Positions 53,430 to 63,843 of a DNA stretch of 64,000 bases are shown here, piece after piece. The stretch lies in NCBI GenBank assembly GCA_048885765.1, contig JBHLLI010000001.1:2592-66591 (forward strand), written 5' to 3'. A program made the translations under genes and the position numbers. The first letter of the stretch is position 1. Every line of letters begins with the position of its first letter. This stretch comes from Candidatus Hermodarchaeota archaeon. Lineage in GTDB: Archaea > Asgardarchaeota > Lokiarchaeia > Sigyniarchaeales > SOKP01. The notes below the pieces were generated by a model. That model was given only the letters and a program-made list of their open reading frames with translations, was not told where the DNA came from and searched no databases.

Positions 53430-56400
53430 ATGCGAAATAAAAGAACAAATCTAAAATATAAAACAAAATTCCTTGGAATTCTATTATTCACAATAATTCT
53501 ACCAACAATTCTTAGTACACCATTATTTACCGATTTTAGTGGAAAGATAAACAATGATAACACGGAAAAAGATCCTATGGAAAAATTATCTCTCTCTAAT
53601 CCTTCAAGTAATCTTCCTCACGCAGATTATTTTCTTTATTATAAAATTATAACTATTGATCATACAAAAGTTAATGGTTCAGTTGATCATCAAGACTTTC
53701 CTGTTTTAATTTCAATTATTGATGCGGATTTGGATGACAAGGCTCAGTTCGATGGTGATGATATAGCATTTGCTAATGGTACTGCCTGGTTAGATTTTGA
53801 AATAGAATTATATAATCCAAGTTATAGTGCTACTGAAGCTCAACTTATAGCGTGGGTTCGGGTTCCTTTATTATCTACTTCTATTGATACTAAATTATTC
53901 ATGTTTTATGGAAATTCGACTATGAGTAATCAAGAAAATCCTACAGGAGTCTGGGATACTAATTATAAAGGTGTCTGGCATCTAAAGGAAGATCCAGGTA
54001 TTGGAAATCCGGGAGATATTAAAGATTCGACGATTAACAGCAACCATGGAACTGCTATTATGATGGGTTCAGCAGATCAAGAACTAGGACAAATAGATGG
54101 AAGTATGGGTTTTGATGGAAACAGTGATCCTGATTATATCAGTATAGGAAATGTTGGTCCTGAAATAAAAACAATTGAGTTTTGGATGAAAGCGACTACT
54201 CTAGGAAGTTCGAACTCTTATAATACGGGGTACCATAGCCCAACAGCAACAGGAGACGATTATAATCAATGGAATAATCCTACTGGTGGTTATACTAATG
54301 ATGGTAATAGAGCATCAGAGTGGACTAATTATGAGGATCAAGATTGGTACAATTTTGGTTTTACCATACCATCTGGGGCTAGTATTGATGGTATTGAGGT
54401 TTCCATTGATGCAAGTACTTCAGTCCAATTCGAATCAACAGGTTGTAGAGTTAGACTTTCCTGGAATGGGGGATCTGGTTATTATACAAACTATAAAACT
54501 CAAAGTTGGTCGAGCACTTACGATTCATATAGAACAGTTGGCGGTGCATGGGATACATGGGGGAGGTCTTGGTCTTCATCTGATTTTTCAAATACCAATT
54601 TCAGAGTGAGATTAGAAAAAACAGGTTCTTACTCGGCAAGCTTAAGAGTTGATCACATAAGAGTTATTGTTTATTATTCAATAGAGTCAGACACAGCCAT
54701 AATGGATTTAGATGGTACAGATCAAATATCAATTGATGCTATTAGTGGGGATATAAAACCAATTAGTTTCCCAGGCAGTACAGCAATATATGTTGATGGA
54801 ATAATCGGTTCAACAATAACAACAGGAAGCTGGTATCATGTAGCTATTACTGATACGACTGGATTAAGTGTTTCAGCTTTAAATCTCGCTAGAAATTCAA
54901 CAGAATATTTTAACGGTGGAATTGATGAATTTCGTCTCTCAAATATAGTTCGTTCAGCGGATTGGATAGCTACTGAATACAATAATCAAAAAGATCCTAG
55001 CAATTTCTATTCTGTTGGGACAGAAAGTAACCCATTTACTGACGTTCAGATCGATGCTATCGATTTATATGGTAATCCAGTACCAAATGTGAACATTTCT
55101 ATATACAAACATAATGATTTAATAAGAAGTGATATAGCAAACGAAAATGGTACTGTTTTATTTGAAAATATTTTGTCAATAGAATATAGTTATAATTTTA
55201 CAGTTTCTATGACATCAAATATCGAACCGTATAATACAATAATAATTAATAGAACATCAGAATCAATCCTAATTTCTGGAACATCTCAAATTATTAATTT
55301 AATTTGTAACATAAGTAGAAATATCTTTAATGTAGTCGATATAGATGGAGTTCCCGTCGATTCTGGATGGGTAGTAGTTGGTAATAGTTCAAATCAAATT
55401 CAAAATTGTACAATTGATAATAGTGGACAAGCTACCTTTCGATGGTTAGAAACTATTCCTTATGATTATAATTATACAATATGGTACCGTGATTCTATTT
55501 ATAATCCGAAAAAAATCATAGTAGGATCAGGAGATATAGTGACACCAAATTCTGAAGTAAATGTCTCAGTTATTTTAACGACTATTAATTTTACGGTATT
55601 AACTTATGAAGCTCCTTTTACGCCAATTGATGGAGTAAAAATAATATTAGATAATCTTAACTCGGGTGAAAATATAGTCAATTTAACTTCCGATTTAAAC
55701 GGAAACGCAGTACTTAGATGGTTGGATTCTTCCATCTTAGGTATTAACTCCAATTATTCTTTAAGACTTAGTTTCTATGGACAATACTGGGATTTTGAAA
55801 TACCAGAACTTTTGACAGGAAGGGTTGGAAACACCAATTTTACCGTAACTGGTAAAGCTGCTTATACTTTAAATATTCATTTTGCTCCTGCGGAATTAGA
55901 AAATTTGGAAACCAATTTAATATCATTGAATCCCACTAATACTATTTTAGTTGAATGGGGCTTAAAAATAAGTTTAAGAGCTTTATTCAATGTTACAAAT
56001 GTACCATCGGGATCAGGAGTTCCTATTGGACCTACTTATGCAGATTCAATGTCATATCATATATTTGAAGGAACAACGTTAATTCTTTCTAATATAATGC
56101 CTAAACAAAATGACTATATTGGAAGACATAAGGGTGAAATTGATACTACTGAGTTAGAAAGTGAAACACCTTATATACTTAAATTAACTGCTCAAAAATC
56201 CGGATATGTCTTACCTCCAGAAGTAATAATGTCATTATACCTTAATGAAAATGATTTAATATTAAACCAATCACAAAATGATGATTCAACCCAATCAATA
56301 TATTGGGAAGAGAGTGTTGAAATGTCAGTAAATCCTTATGGACAAATAACTGAATATTCTTCTTTAGAATATAATATCTACAACATCATTTATGAAACAC

Positions 56401-59400
56401 CATTCAGATTTTCAATTCCAGATATCTCAAATGATTGGAATTTATCGCAGATTACTTTTAATATATATAATATTTCATGGAATGCTTTACCAGATGACAT
56501 AAACATTAGTATAGCTTTGAATGATTATGGAATCTTTGAAGTTTTTAATACTGGTAATCATAATGGTCACGATTATGCCCAAGGTACATGGACAGGTATA
56601 AAGCTTAATATAGATAAAAGAAGTCCCTCTAATGATAATAATTTTGAGTTCACCATTGGAGGAACTTTTGATAGTACAATTGATGTTATAGTTGATGCTA
56701 TTTTTATCAGGGACAAAATTAATGTTCAATATACAAGATTTAACATAACCGAGACTTTGTCTCTTTTAAATGCAGCTGAAGGATGGGTAATAAAAAATAT
56801 CACTTTTGAACTCTTTAATTGTTATAATACTTCCAATTGGCATTTAATAAATCCATTATCTGATGTTAATTTAAATATTTCCACTAATGAAGGGATTAAA
56901 TATTCATTAGATTCAGGAAGTTCTGGATTTGGCAAATTAAATATCGATGACCGAATTATTTATCCTTTAGATAATCAATTCCTATTCACTGTTGAGGCAA
57001 ATCCTGAAATTATGTTTGATGTAGTAATTAAAGTTGAGTATATTCAAGAATTTTACCAAAATTATTATCTGGAGACATTGAATATATCAAAAACCGAACG
57101 TAATATTGCAGGTATTTTTCAAATCAATGCTAATGAGAATGATTGGATTGAAGATTCAGCTCTGCTATTAATTAATGAAATTTCTGATGGGATTGATTAC
57201 TTTCTTCCATCAGAATTGTCAATGACTATTACAATTGGAGGAACCACTTATAACATAGTTGATATTGTTTCAGGGCAAGGATTATTTTCATTACAAGGTT
57301 TAAATAAAGAGACGATATACCAAGCCGTTATAAATACAAATCAACCTACCATTTTTAATCTTCAATTTAAGATAGACTATTCAAGGACCAATATTTATGA
57401 GACTAGAGGTTCAGTCAGTTATACTATTTTAGAAAATCCTGCTATATTTGGAACAGTTCAATATAATGAGGATTTGGAATGTTATTCACAACTCATAAAT
57501 ACAACAATACTCAATACTGATGATTATACTATAAGATTCACTATTCTTAAAGAGAACTATGCCTCCACAATAAAAGATTTAGAATTGTCAGTGTTGGCTC
57601 GTTTAACGTTACTAAATGGAACATCAGGTTTCTTTAGAAAAATTGAAAATATATATTTTGGAGATGCGGTTAATTTTACATTTTTATATACGGATTCAGT
57701 GAAAGGAACTAAAATTACTGATTTGACAGCAGGTTATTATGTATGGGAGAAATACGATGAAGAGGGAGAAATAATTGCAGATGGACAGGGAACTTTAATC
57801 ACTAATGTTGATCAATTATATACTTTAGACTTTAATACAGAAAATTTAACAATTGGGGAGTATTTTCTAATTGTTTCTATAGGCAAAAAAAATTATGAAT
57901 ATAAAACTGCCTTGATTTCATTGACTATCAAGAAAAGAATAATTGGGTATCTTCTCAACGAGGGAAATAACCAAATAAATGTTAAAAAAGGAGAGATAGC
58001 AGTTTTACAATTAGAATTAACAGATCCTTCAAGAGGTGGCATTCCATTACAAAATACTACAGTTCTAATAAATATAAGGGGTACTGAATATGAATTTGAA
58101 GTAGGCGGACCTGGTATTTATATTTTTAATTTTCATACTGGCAATATAGATACATTCTTTAGTCCAAAAACATTTACGGGAAGAATTAATATTACAAAAG
58201 AAAATTATGTCTCTGAGGAATTTAGTGTTACTATTGTTGTCGCAATGGACGAGATTTTTCCAGGTATACCAACTTTTTATTTCTTATTAATACTCTCTGT
58301 AGCTCTTGGGATAGCAGTTAGTATTGTTTCATATCGAGCATATAAACGCGCTAAGATTCCAACATTTGTGAAAAAAGTAAGAGATATGAAAAAAACTATT
58401 GATGGAGGTAAATCAATTCCGGATACGCTTTTATATCGCGATAAAGAAGCATTCATTGGCGAAATTATTAATAATAAATGGCGAAAACTTGGTTTATCAT
58501 TAGAAGAGATATTTGGAATTACTATCGAAAAGGATAAAAAAGAACAAAAAGTCAAAAAAAAGATCTCTGGGACGATAAGATCTCAAGACAAAAAACCTCT
58601 CGGAATATTATTCATGAAATGGGATGAAAAAATTGGTACTGAAATTCTGGCTAAATATCCCGAAGCTATTAATATCACACCAAAAAGTTTGATGCAAGTA
58701 TATAGTACACATGAATATAGTGGTGAGAAAGGGGTTATTACCCTAATTACAGAATCGCTAAATATCTTATCATATTATACTGGAGCCGAGAAAGGATATT
58801 ATCTCGTACTACTTTTGAATTTAGATGACGATCCTGATTTTTATGAAGCGGGAATAGTTGAAATTGCTCGTGTAATTTTAGAGAATTTAAAAGATGAGTC
58901 TTATTTACGACTATTACCTTCACTATTTCAGCGTTTATCAGTATATCCCTCACTTAGTGGAGAAGAAATCCTAATTTACCATTATCAGAATGGTGTTAAA
59001 CGTGCAATAATTAACGCTTTAAGAGATGATGGGATAATATCTAAATCTGAATTGATGATTTGGCTTAAAGATAGATATACTGAAAGTTTTTTTGATATAG
59101 ACGCAATCTTGATGGATCTTATTAAAATGGAGATTATTAAAGTTGGTTCAATTAAAGGGGTACCTTCTGAGCTCATCTTTTTTATAAATGACCTTTTTAC
59201 GCTTCGAACACCTCCCACTATTTTATTAGATGATCCGATGAACCGCGGTTTACCTTCCCAATTTGTAAAAGAATATCAGGAAAAAGTTAGAGCTTTTTTC
59301 CAAGATTACAAGCCAACTGAAGAAGATAATATTAAATTAGTTGATATCTTAATCGATCCTCAGGTATATGAGACTTTAAAATTACTACGGATAGCGATTG

Positions 59401-59684
59401 TTACAAAACAAGACCTTGAAAAGCTTCGAAAGAAAGGAGTTCATGATATCAACAGAGTCTTAAAATTACTTTGGGATAATAAGATGATTATAGTTTTCAA
59501 TGATAAAATGAACAATGAATATTACGCATTACTCACTGACGTATATGTTGATTTTATCTTTCCAAAATATCTTTTAAGTGCTGTTAAAACTGCCTATGAG
59601 CAAAAATCAAGAGTTAAGAAAGTCCTGTTTGAATACCTACAAATTCTTGAAGATGCTTATTTTGAGTTAAAAAAATCGGAATAA
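53430..59684 (+). CDS. giant single-pass surface protein: DUF2341-like + LamG-like lectin N-terminus, many Ig/CarboxypepD_reg-like repeats, TM, cytoplasmic longin-like + winged-helix module
   Basis: 2084 aa with signal/anchor 'FLGILLFTIILPTIL'. 'YYKIITIDHTKVNGSVDHQDFPVLISI' is DUF2341-like. 'GVWHLKED...DSTINSNHGT...GSMGFDGNSD' plus 'GGIDEFRLSNIVRSADWIATEYNNQ' is LamG-like. There are 'DLYGNPVPNVNISIY'-type repeats. The TM 'FYFLLILSVALGIAVSIVSY' lies near nt 58275-58335. The tail is 'KRAKIPTFVKKVRDMKKTI', followed by a ~440-aa cytoplasmic region homologous to ORF 3143-4270. Confidence 0.8.
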   Translation: MRNKRTNLKYKTKFLGILLFTIILPTILSTPLFTDFSGKINNDNTEKDPMEKLSLSNPSSNLPHADYFLYYKIITIDHTKVNGSVDHQDFPVLISIIDADLDDKAQFDGDDIAFANGTAWLDFEIELYNPSYSATEAQLIAWVRVPLLSTSIDTKLFMFYGNSTMSNQENPTGVWDTNYKGVWHLKEDPGIGNPGDIKDSTINSNHGTAIMMGSADQELGQIDGSMGFDGNSDPDYISIGNVGPEIKTIEFWMKATTLGSSNSYNTGYHSPTATGDDYNQWNNPTGGYTNDGNRASEWTNYEDQDWYNFGFTIPSGASIDGIEVSIDASTSVQFESTGCRVRLSWNGGSGYYTNYKTQSWSSTYDSYRTVGGAWDTWGRSWSSSDFSNTNFRVRLEKTGSYSASLRVDHIRVIVYYSIESDTAIMDLDGTDQISIDAISGDIKPISFPGSTAIYVDGIIGSTITTGSWYHVAITDTTGLSVSALNLARNSTEYFNGGIDEFRLSNIVRSADWIATEYNNQKDPSNFYSVGTESNPFTDVQIDAIDLYGNPVPNVNISIYKHNDLIRSDIANENGTVLFENILSIEYSYNFTVSMTSNIEPYNTIIINRTSESILISGTSQIINLICNISRNIFNVVDIDGVPVDSGWVVVGNSSNQIQNCTIDNSGQATFRWLETIPYDYNYTIWYRDSIYNPKKIIVGSGDIVTPNSEVNVSVILTTINFTVLTYEAPFTPIDGVKIILDNLNSGENIVNLTSDLNGNAVLRWLDSSILGINSNYSLRLSFYGQYWDFEIPELLTGRVGNTNFTVTGKAAYTLNIHFAPAELENLETNLISLNPTNTILVEWGLKISLRALFNVTNVPSGSGVPIGPTYADSMSYHIFEGTTLILSNIMPKQNDYIGRHKGEIDTTELESETPYILKLTAQKSGYVLPPEVIMSLYLNENDLILNQSQNDDSTQSIYWEESVEMSVNPYGQITEYSSLEYNIYNIIYETPFRFSIPDISNDWNLSQITFNIYNISWNALPDDINISIALNDYGIFEVFNTGNHNGHDYAQGTWTGIKLNIDKRSPSNDNNFEFTIGGTFDSTIDVIVDAIFIRDKINVQYTRFNITETLSLLNAAEGWVIKNITFELFNCYNTSNWHLINPLSDVNLNISTNEGIKYSLDSGSSGFGKLNIDDRIIYPLDNQFLFTVEANPEIMFDVVIKVEYIQEFYQNYYLETLNISKTERNIAGIFQINANENDWIEDSALLLINEISDGIDYFLPSELSMTITIGGTTYNIVDIVSGQGLFSLQGLNKETIYQAVINTNQPTIFNLQFKIDYSRTNIYETRGSVSYTILENPAIFGTVQYNEDLECYSQLINTTILNTDDYTIRFTILKENYASTIKDLELSVLARLTLLNGTSGFFRKIENIYFGDAVNFTFLYTDSVKGTKITDLTAGYYVWEKYDEEGEIIADGQGTLITNVDQLYTLDFNTENLTIGEYFLIVSIGKKNYEYKTALISLTIKKRIIGYLLNEGNNQINVKKGEIAVLQLELTDPSRGGIPLQNTTVLINIRGTEYEFEVGGPGIYIFNFHTGNIDTFFSPKTFTGRINITKENYVSEEFSVTIVVAMDEIFPGIPTFYFLLILSVALGIAVSIVSYRAYKRAKIPTFVKKVRDMKKTIDGGKSIPDTLLYRDKEAFIGEIINNKWRKLGLSLEEIFGITIEKDKKEQKVKKKISGTIRSQDKKPLGILFMKWDEKIGTEILAKYPEAINITPKSLMQVYSTHEYSGEKGVITLITESLNILSYYTGAEKGYYLVLLLNLDDDPDFYEAGIVEIARVILENLKDESYLRLLPSLFQRLSVYPSLSGEEILIYHYQNGVKRAIINALRDDGIISKSELMIWLKDRYTESFFDIDAILMDLIKMEIIKVGSIKGVPSELIFFINDLFTLRTPPTILLDDPMNRGLPSQFVKEYQEKVRAFFQDYKPTEEDNIKLVDILIDPQVYETLKLLRIAIVTKQDLEKLRKKGVHDINRVLKLLWDNKMIIVFNDKMNNEYYALLTDVYVDFIFPKYLLSAVKTAYEQKSRVKKVLFEYLQILEDAYFELKKSE

Positions 59685-59694
59685 CATCTTCCTC

Positions 59695-59712
59695 TTTTTT
59701 TTTATATTTTTT
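59695..59712 (+). terminator. oligo-T terminator candidate after the 2084-aa gene
   Basis: A T9 run and then a T6 run lie within 30 nt of the TAA stop at 59682-59684. Confidence 0.45.
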
Positions 59713-59793
59713 GAAATATCCAAACTCGAGCAGAGTTTTCATTAAATAACTTTCCATACAGGTTTTTTTATTTAAGTCATTATTTAGGATTTT

Positions 59794-60654
59794 TCATTTA
59801 CAATCTTCGGCTTGCTGGAGATTAATTTTGACAAAAGCCTCTTCCTGAAGATTCCGTTGTTCTGATTTTACAGACCTATTTACTTGGTGAAGATGTCTCA
59901 TTGCATTTTTTTTTCCTTCTTTAATATTTTCGATTAATTCTTCTTTACTTTCTCCACCAGAGATAACAAGAGCTGTTTGAAAAGTGTGTTCAGGTTCTAT
60001 CGTCATAAATTCAATTTGTAATGCAGATAAAATCTCTCCCGGTTTTTGGTATAGCTTATTAGAAAGATTCATTTTGTCCTGATCAACGATAAAATCTTTG
60101 GTTAGACATGATTCATAGTTGGTGGATTTAGAAATGGGTGAAAATCCTCCATACAGACCAGTAGAATCATATTGATAAATTACATCATTTTTTTCATCGT
60201 ACCCAGATAGATCATTATCATAACCCACAAGACCATTGATATCAAAGTCAAATACAAAATACATTGAGAAGTCTTTCAACGCATAATCTGAAATATTTTT
60301 TAAAGTGAAAAATGTACTTACATATGGAACTTTTGGTGGGTTGAAAATATCCTTGTAAACACGAACAAATTCTTTCTTTTCGAACGGAACTGGCGGGATT
60401 TTTTTTTCTTTTACCATCTTTTTTAAGTACTCTGTAATATTGAAATCTAAAGTGATTCTACTAATCTGTGTCCCTGTTCTGGTATTAACCATATTATATA
60501 TTGGTGTGGGTTCTATATTTTTGAGAATTACGGGGATTGTACCAATCTTTTTACCTTCTAGTTTAAAACTAAACCAAGGACCAGTTAAATCTTGTTCGCT
60601 AAGATATATGAGATATCTTCCTTTATAAGTGAGTTCTTTTATTGAAAATCCCAT
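59794..60654 (-). CDS. hypothetical protein
   Basis: 286-aa ORF with non-repetitive, globular-looking composition. No motif recognised. Confidence 0.5.
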   Translation of the reverse strand: MGFSIKELTYKGRYLIYLSEQDLTGPWFSFKLEGKKIGTIPVILKNIEPTPIYNMVNTRTGTQISRITLDFNITEYLKKMVKEKKIPPVPFEKKEFVRVYKDIFNPPKVPYVSTFFTLKNISDYALKDFSMYFVFDFDINGLVGYDNDLSGYDEKNDVIYQYDSTGLYGGFSPISKSTNYESCLTKDFIVDQDKMNLSNKLYQKPGEILSALQIEFMTIEPEHTFQTALVISGGESKEELIENIKEGKKNAMRHLHQVNRSVKSEQRNLQEEAFVKINLQQAEDCK

Positions 60655-60818
60655 AACATATCCACGAGTATTTCAGGTCGCCAGCACATCATGCCAGATA
60701 ATTTTTATTACTATCTTTTTTAAACCTCCTTTCTTTCTATTGTATTTATTCTGTTAATGATAATGACAATTAAAAAAAAAAATTAATGTAAATAAAAAAA
60801 TTAAAATTTTATATATTC

Positions 60819-62564
60819 TTATTCATTTTCTTTTGCTTCTTTCCTTAATGCTCTTTTCAGAACTTTTCCGACTGTAGTTAAGGGTAGCGAATCTCTAAAT
60901 TCCCAAATTCTTGGATTCTCATATTTTGAGAGATGTTCAGAAGCATATTTTTTTAAGTCTTCTTTTATTTCTTCACTTTGTTGGACACCTTCTTTAAGTT
61001 GGACAACTGCTTTTACAATCTCGCTACCTGGGCGTTCTGGATCTTTAAGACCTATTATAGCAACCATTTCAACATTAGGATGCTTAGTTAAGATATCCTC
61101 AACATGAACACTATAAACTTTATATCCACTGACAATTAACATGTCCTTTGTTCGATCAACAATTGTAATAAATCCCTCCTCATCCATTACACCTACATCA
61201 CCAGTATGAAACCATCCATCAATAATTGTTTTCACATTTGCTTCTGGCTTGTTATAATATCCTTTTGTAACCTGAGGCCCTTTACAAATAATCTCCCCAG
61301 GTTTACCAAGTTCAACTTGTTCTCCTGTTTCAATATCTACAAGTCTTATCTCAGTATCTGGAACAGGTAACCCGACTGTACCCACCCTTTTCTTACCATA
61401 GTATGGATTCATTGTGAGTATGGGGCTTGTTTCGGTCATACCATATACTTCAAGCACTTTACTTTTTGCTTGCATATTATCCTCAAAATCATTGATAGCT
61501 TCTGCTGGAAACGGGGCTGCTCCTGAAATATAAACTTCAATATCCTTTAAAGTCTCTTTAGGAATCTTTTTCGCTTTTGGATTATTTTTAATTGCTAAAT
61601 ACAGTGTTGGCACATTAACCATTATTTGAGGTTTTTTATCTATCATTTCCTCAATTAAATGGTTAGTATCTCTTGGATTTGCTATTAAAACTTGAGTAGC
61701 TGAGAGATATAAAGTAACCATACTCATTGCTAATCCTGCCAGATGGAAAAGGGGGAATGCGGATAGATTATTAGCTTCTTCCTGTTCTTCAGATGTCCTA
61801 TCTATCCATGTGGAGATTTGAACAATATTACTAATAATATTTGCATGCGTGAGTTCTGTTCCCTTAGGTAATCCTGTTGTACCTCCAGTATATTGAAGAA
61901 GAGCTAAATCTTTATCATTATCTATAACAACAGGTTTTAATTCAATTTCAGTTTTAATAACTTCATTAAAATCTAAAACTCTTTTTCCTTCGTAAGGGAC
62001 AACTTTACCTTTTGGAACCTTGCCAATCATTTTCCCTAACGCTACTTTCAATTTTGATAAACCCATATAATCAGCAATATTGGTTGTAATTACACATTCT
62101 AATTTGGGCACATCATCAAGAACTTGCATTAGAACTTTTTCATAAAAAGCATCTAGAGTGACAAAAAATTTTGCATCACTATCATTAATTTGATAGGCAA
62201 TCTCAGTTGGACTCATCAATGGAGAACATCCTGAAGCAACACCTCCAGCTAATAATGTTCCCAGATGGGCTACCAAATACTGAGGACAATTAGCTAAATT
62301 AATTGCAACACGATCCCCTTTCTTAAGACCATTCATTTGTAGAAAAGTTGCGAAGCGATGTACATAATCTCTAAGTTCACTAAAGGTTATTGCACACTCC
62401 ATGAAATAACAAGCCACGCGATCAGGATATTTTGCCAATGATTTATCAAATAGTTCTCCAAGACTCTCTGTAGGGTACGTTAAAGTTTTCTTTACATGAT
62501 CATCATACGATTTTAACCAAATTTTTGAATCATAAGGAGATTGTTCTGTTTGTATTTTAAACAC
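60819..62564 (-). CDS. AMP-forming acyl-CoA ligase (long-chain fatty acid-CoA ligase-like)
   Basis: 581 aa. The AMP-binding motif is 'LQYTGGTTGLPKG', followed by 'YGMTETS', 'GWFHTGDVG' and 'GKVLKRALR'. Confidence 0.88.
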   Translation of the reverse strand: MFKIQTEQSPYDSKIWLKSYDDHVKKTLTYPTESLGELFDKSLAKYPDRVACYFMECAITFSELRDYVHRFATFLQMNGLKKGDRVAINLANCPQYLVAHLGTLLAGGVASGCSPLMSPTEIAYQINDSDAKFFVTLDAFYEKVLMQVLDDVPKLECVITTNIADYMGLSKLKVALGKMIGKVPKGKVVPYEGKRVLDFNEVIKTEIELKPVVIDNDKDLALLQYTGGTTGLPKGTELTHANIISNIVQISTWIDRTSEEQEEANNLSAFPLFHLAGLAMSMVTLYLSATQVLIANPRDTNHLIEEMIDKKPQIMVNVPTLYLAIKNNPKAKKIPKETLKDIEVYISGAAPFPAEAINDFEDNMQAKSKVLEVYGMTETSPILTMNPYYGKKRVGTVGLPVPDTEIRLVDIETGEQVELGKPGEIICKGPQVTKGYYNKPEANVKTIIDGWFHTGDVGVMDEEGFITIVDRTKDMLIVSGYKVYSVHVEDILTKHPNVEMVAIIGLKDPERPGSEIVKAVVQLKEGVQQSEEIKEDLKKYASEHLSKYENPRIWEFRDSLPLTTVGKVLKRALRKEAKENE

Positions 62565-62716
62565 CTTTTTTTTACAATTAAGTAAAATTTAAGCATTACT
62601 AAAATCGTAAATATCATAAATATTTATTTCTGAATTTAAAAAACTTTTCTAGAGTCTTGAGAAGAAATAGTAATTTTATGATAAAAAATTAATAAATTCC
62701 TTCAAATATTAGATTT

Positions 62717-63697
62717 TTATAGGTTTTCTACAACTCTATAGGCAATGTATAAGAACGCATCATTAACATTTTCACCGGTTAAGGCCGATGTCATAATGTA
62801 ATGAAAACCAAATTGTTTTGCCATTTCCTTTATTTCTTCTTCGCTTATTACAATCTCATCTTTTAAATCTGATTTGTTTCCAACAATTACTACAGGAATA
62901 TTTCTTTTTACTGATTTTTGAAGGTCATTATACCATTTTTCAACACTTTTCAAGTTATTTCGCCGAGTTCGATCAATTACTATAAAAGCAGCATTAGCTC
63001 CGTTATAAAATTTTACTCTATTCAAATCAAATTGACGTTGCCCTCCAATATCCCAAATTATAAAATTTATCTTTGTTTTTTCACTTAAAAGTACTGTTTT
63101 TTTGCTTAATTGGACCCCAATAGTACTAATATAATCTTCCTCAAATCTATTTTCTACAAATCTTCTAATTAAAGATGTCTTACCCACAGAAAAATCCCCA
63201 TTCAGGATAATTTTGTTTGAATACTCACCTACTAAATCGGGAAGTCTACCTCCTCGAGATTTTGACAACGCTTTTATTATTTCTGGAATTTTTGGTGAGA
63301 CAAATTGATTTCCTGTTAAGATCAATTCTATCTTAGAAGCTAAATGTTCAGAGTATACTTTCAATTCAATTTCAGTGGCATTTTTATCTGCTACTGTAGA
63401 TAATATTGAATTTGGGCCCATTGAACAAAATACAAACATTTTATCTCCTGTTTCTGTTATATTAAAGAAACTGTCAGTTTTTCCAAATTCAACTTTAATT
63501 CTATCTATATATGTATCAAGCATAGCAGAAAGAGCCCCAATTATCGCATCAGATTCTTCTTCATTTTCTTCTTTTGACTCGGAGGCGATGATAAATCCGT
63601 TTCTATCGCAAATAGCTACTCCTAAAAGACCATCTACTTCATTAAAATAATTTTTTAAAAGTTCTTTTAGTAACTCCGTACTTGGAAGGCGTTCCAT
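62717..63697 (-). CDS. Roadblock/LC7 domain fused to Rab/Arf-like small GTPase
   Basis: 326 aa. N-terminal Roadblock is 'VDGLLGVAICDRNGFIIASES...GALSAMLDTY'. The C-terminal GTPase has 'GDFSVGKT', 'WDIGGQ', 'GNKSDL' and 'SALTG'. It is collinear with the C-terminal two-thirds of 51110-52930. Confidence 0.85.
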   Translation of the reverse strand: MERLPSTELLKELLKNYFNEVDGLLGVAICDRNGFIIASESKEENEEESDAIIGALSAMLDTYIDRIKVEFGKTDSFFNITETGDKMFVFCSMGPNSILSTVADKNATEIELKVYSEHLASKIELILTGNQFVSPKIPEIIKALSKSRGGRLPDLVGEYSNKIILNGDFSVGKTSLIRRFVENRFEEDYISTIGVQLSKKTVLLSEKTKINFIIWDIGGQRQFDLNRVKFYNGANAAFIVIDRTRRNNLKSVEKWYNDLQKSVKRNIPVVIVGNKSDLKDEIVISEEEIKEMAKQFGFHYIMTSALTGENVNDAFLYIAYRVVENL

Positions 63698-63843
63698 TAG
63701 TATTCAACTTTTTTTAAATTTCTATATTCATAGATAATATAAAAATAATATAAACCTAAGTATTTAGGTAATATTAAAGTCATATCTAAGTTAAGTTCTA
63801 CATACCATTCTATTTTAAATTGATTTATCATCTTTTTTCAATC

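Noticed and set aside
60655-60740. Relatively GC-richer patch upstream of the 286-aa gene. It has an 'AAGGAGGT' sequence and a 17-codon uORF (MMCWRPEILVDMLWDFQ) that overlaps the main start.
   Set aside because: The SD-like motif is more than 30 nt from the uORF ATG, the uORF is very short, and there is no structure suggesting a riboswitch or tRNA. Evidence is insufficient.
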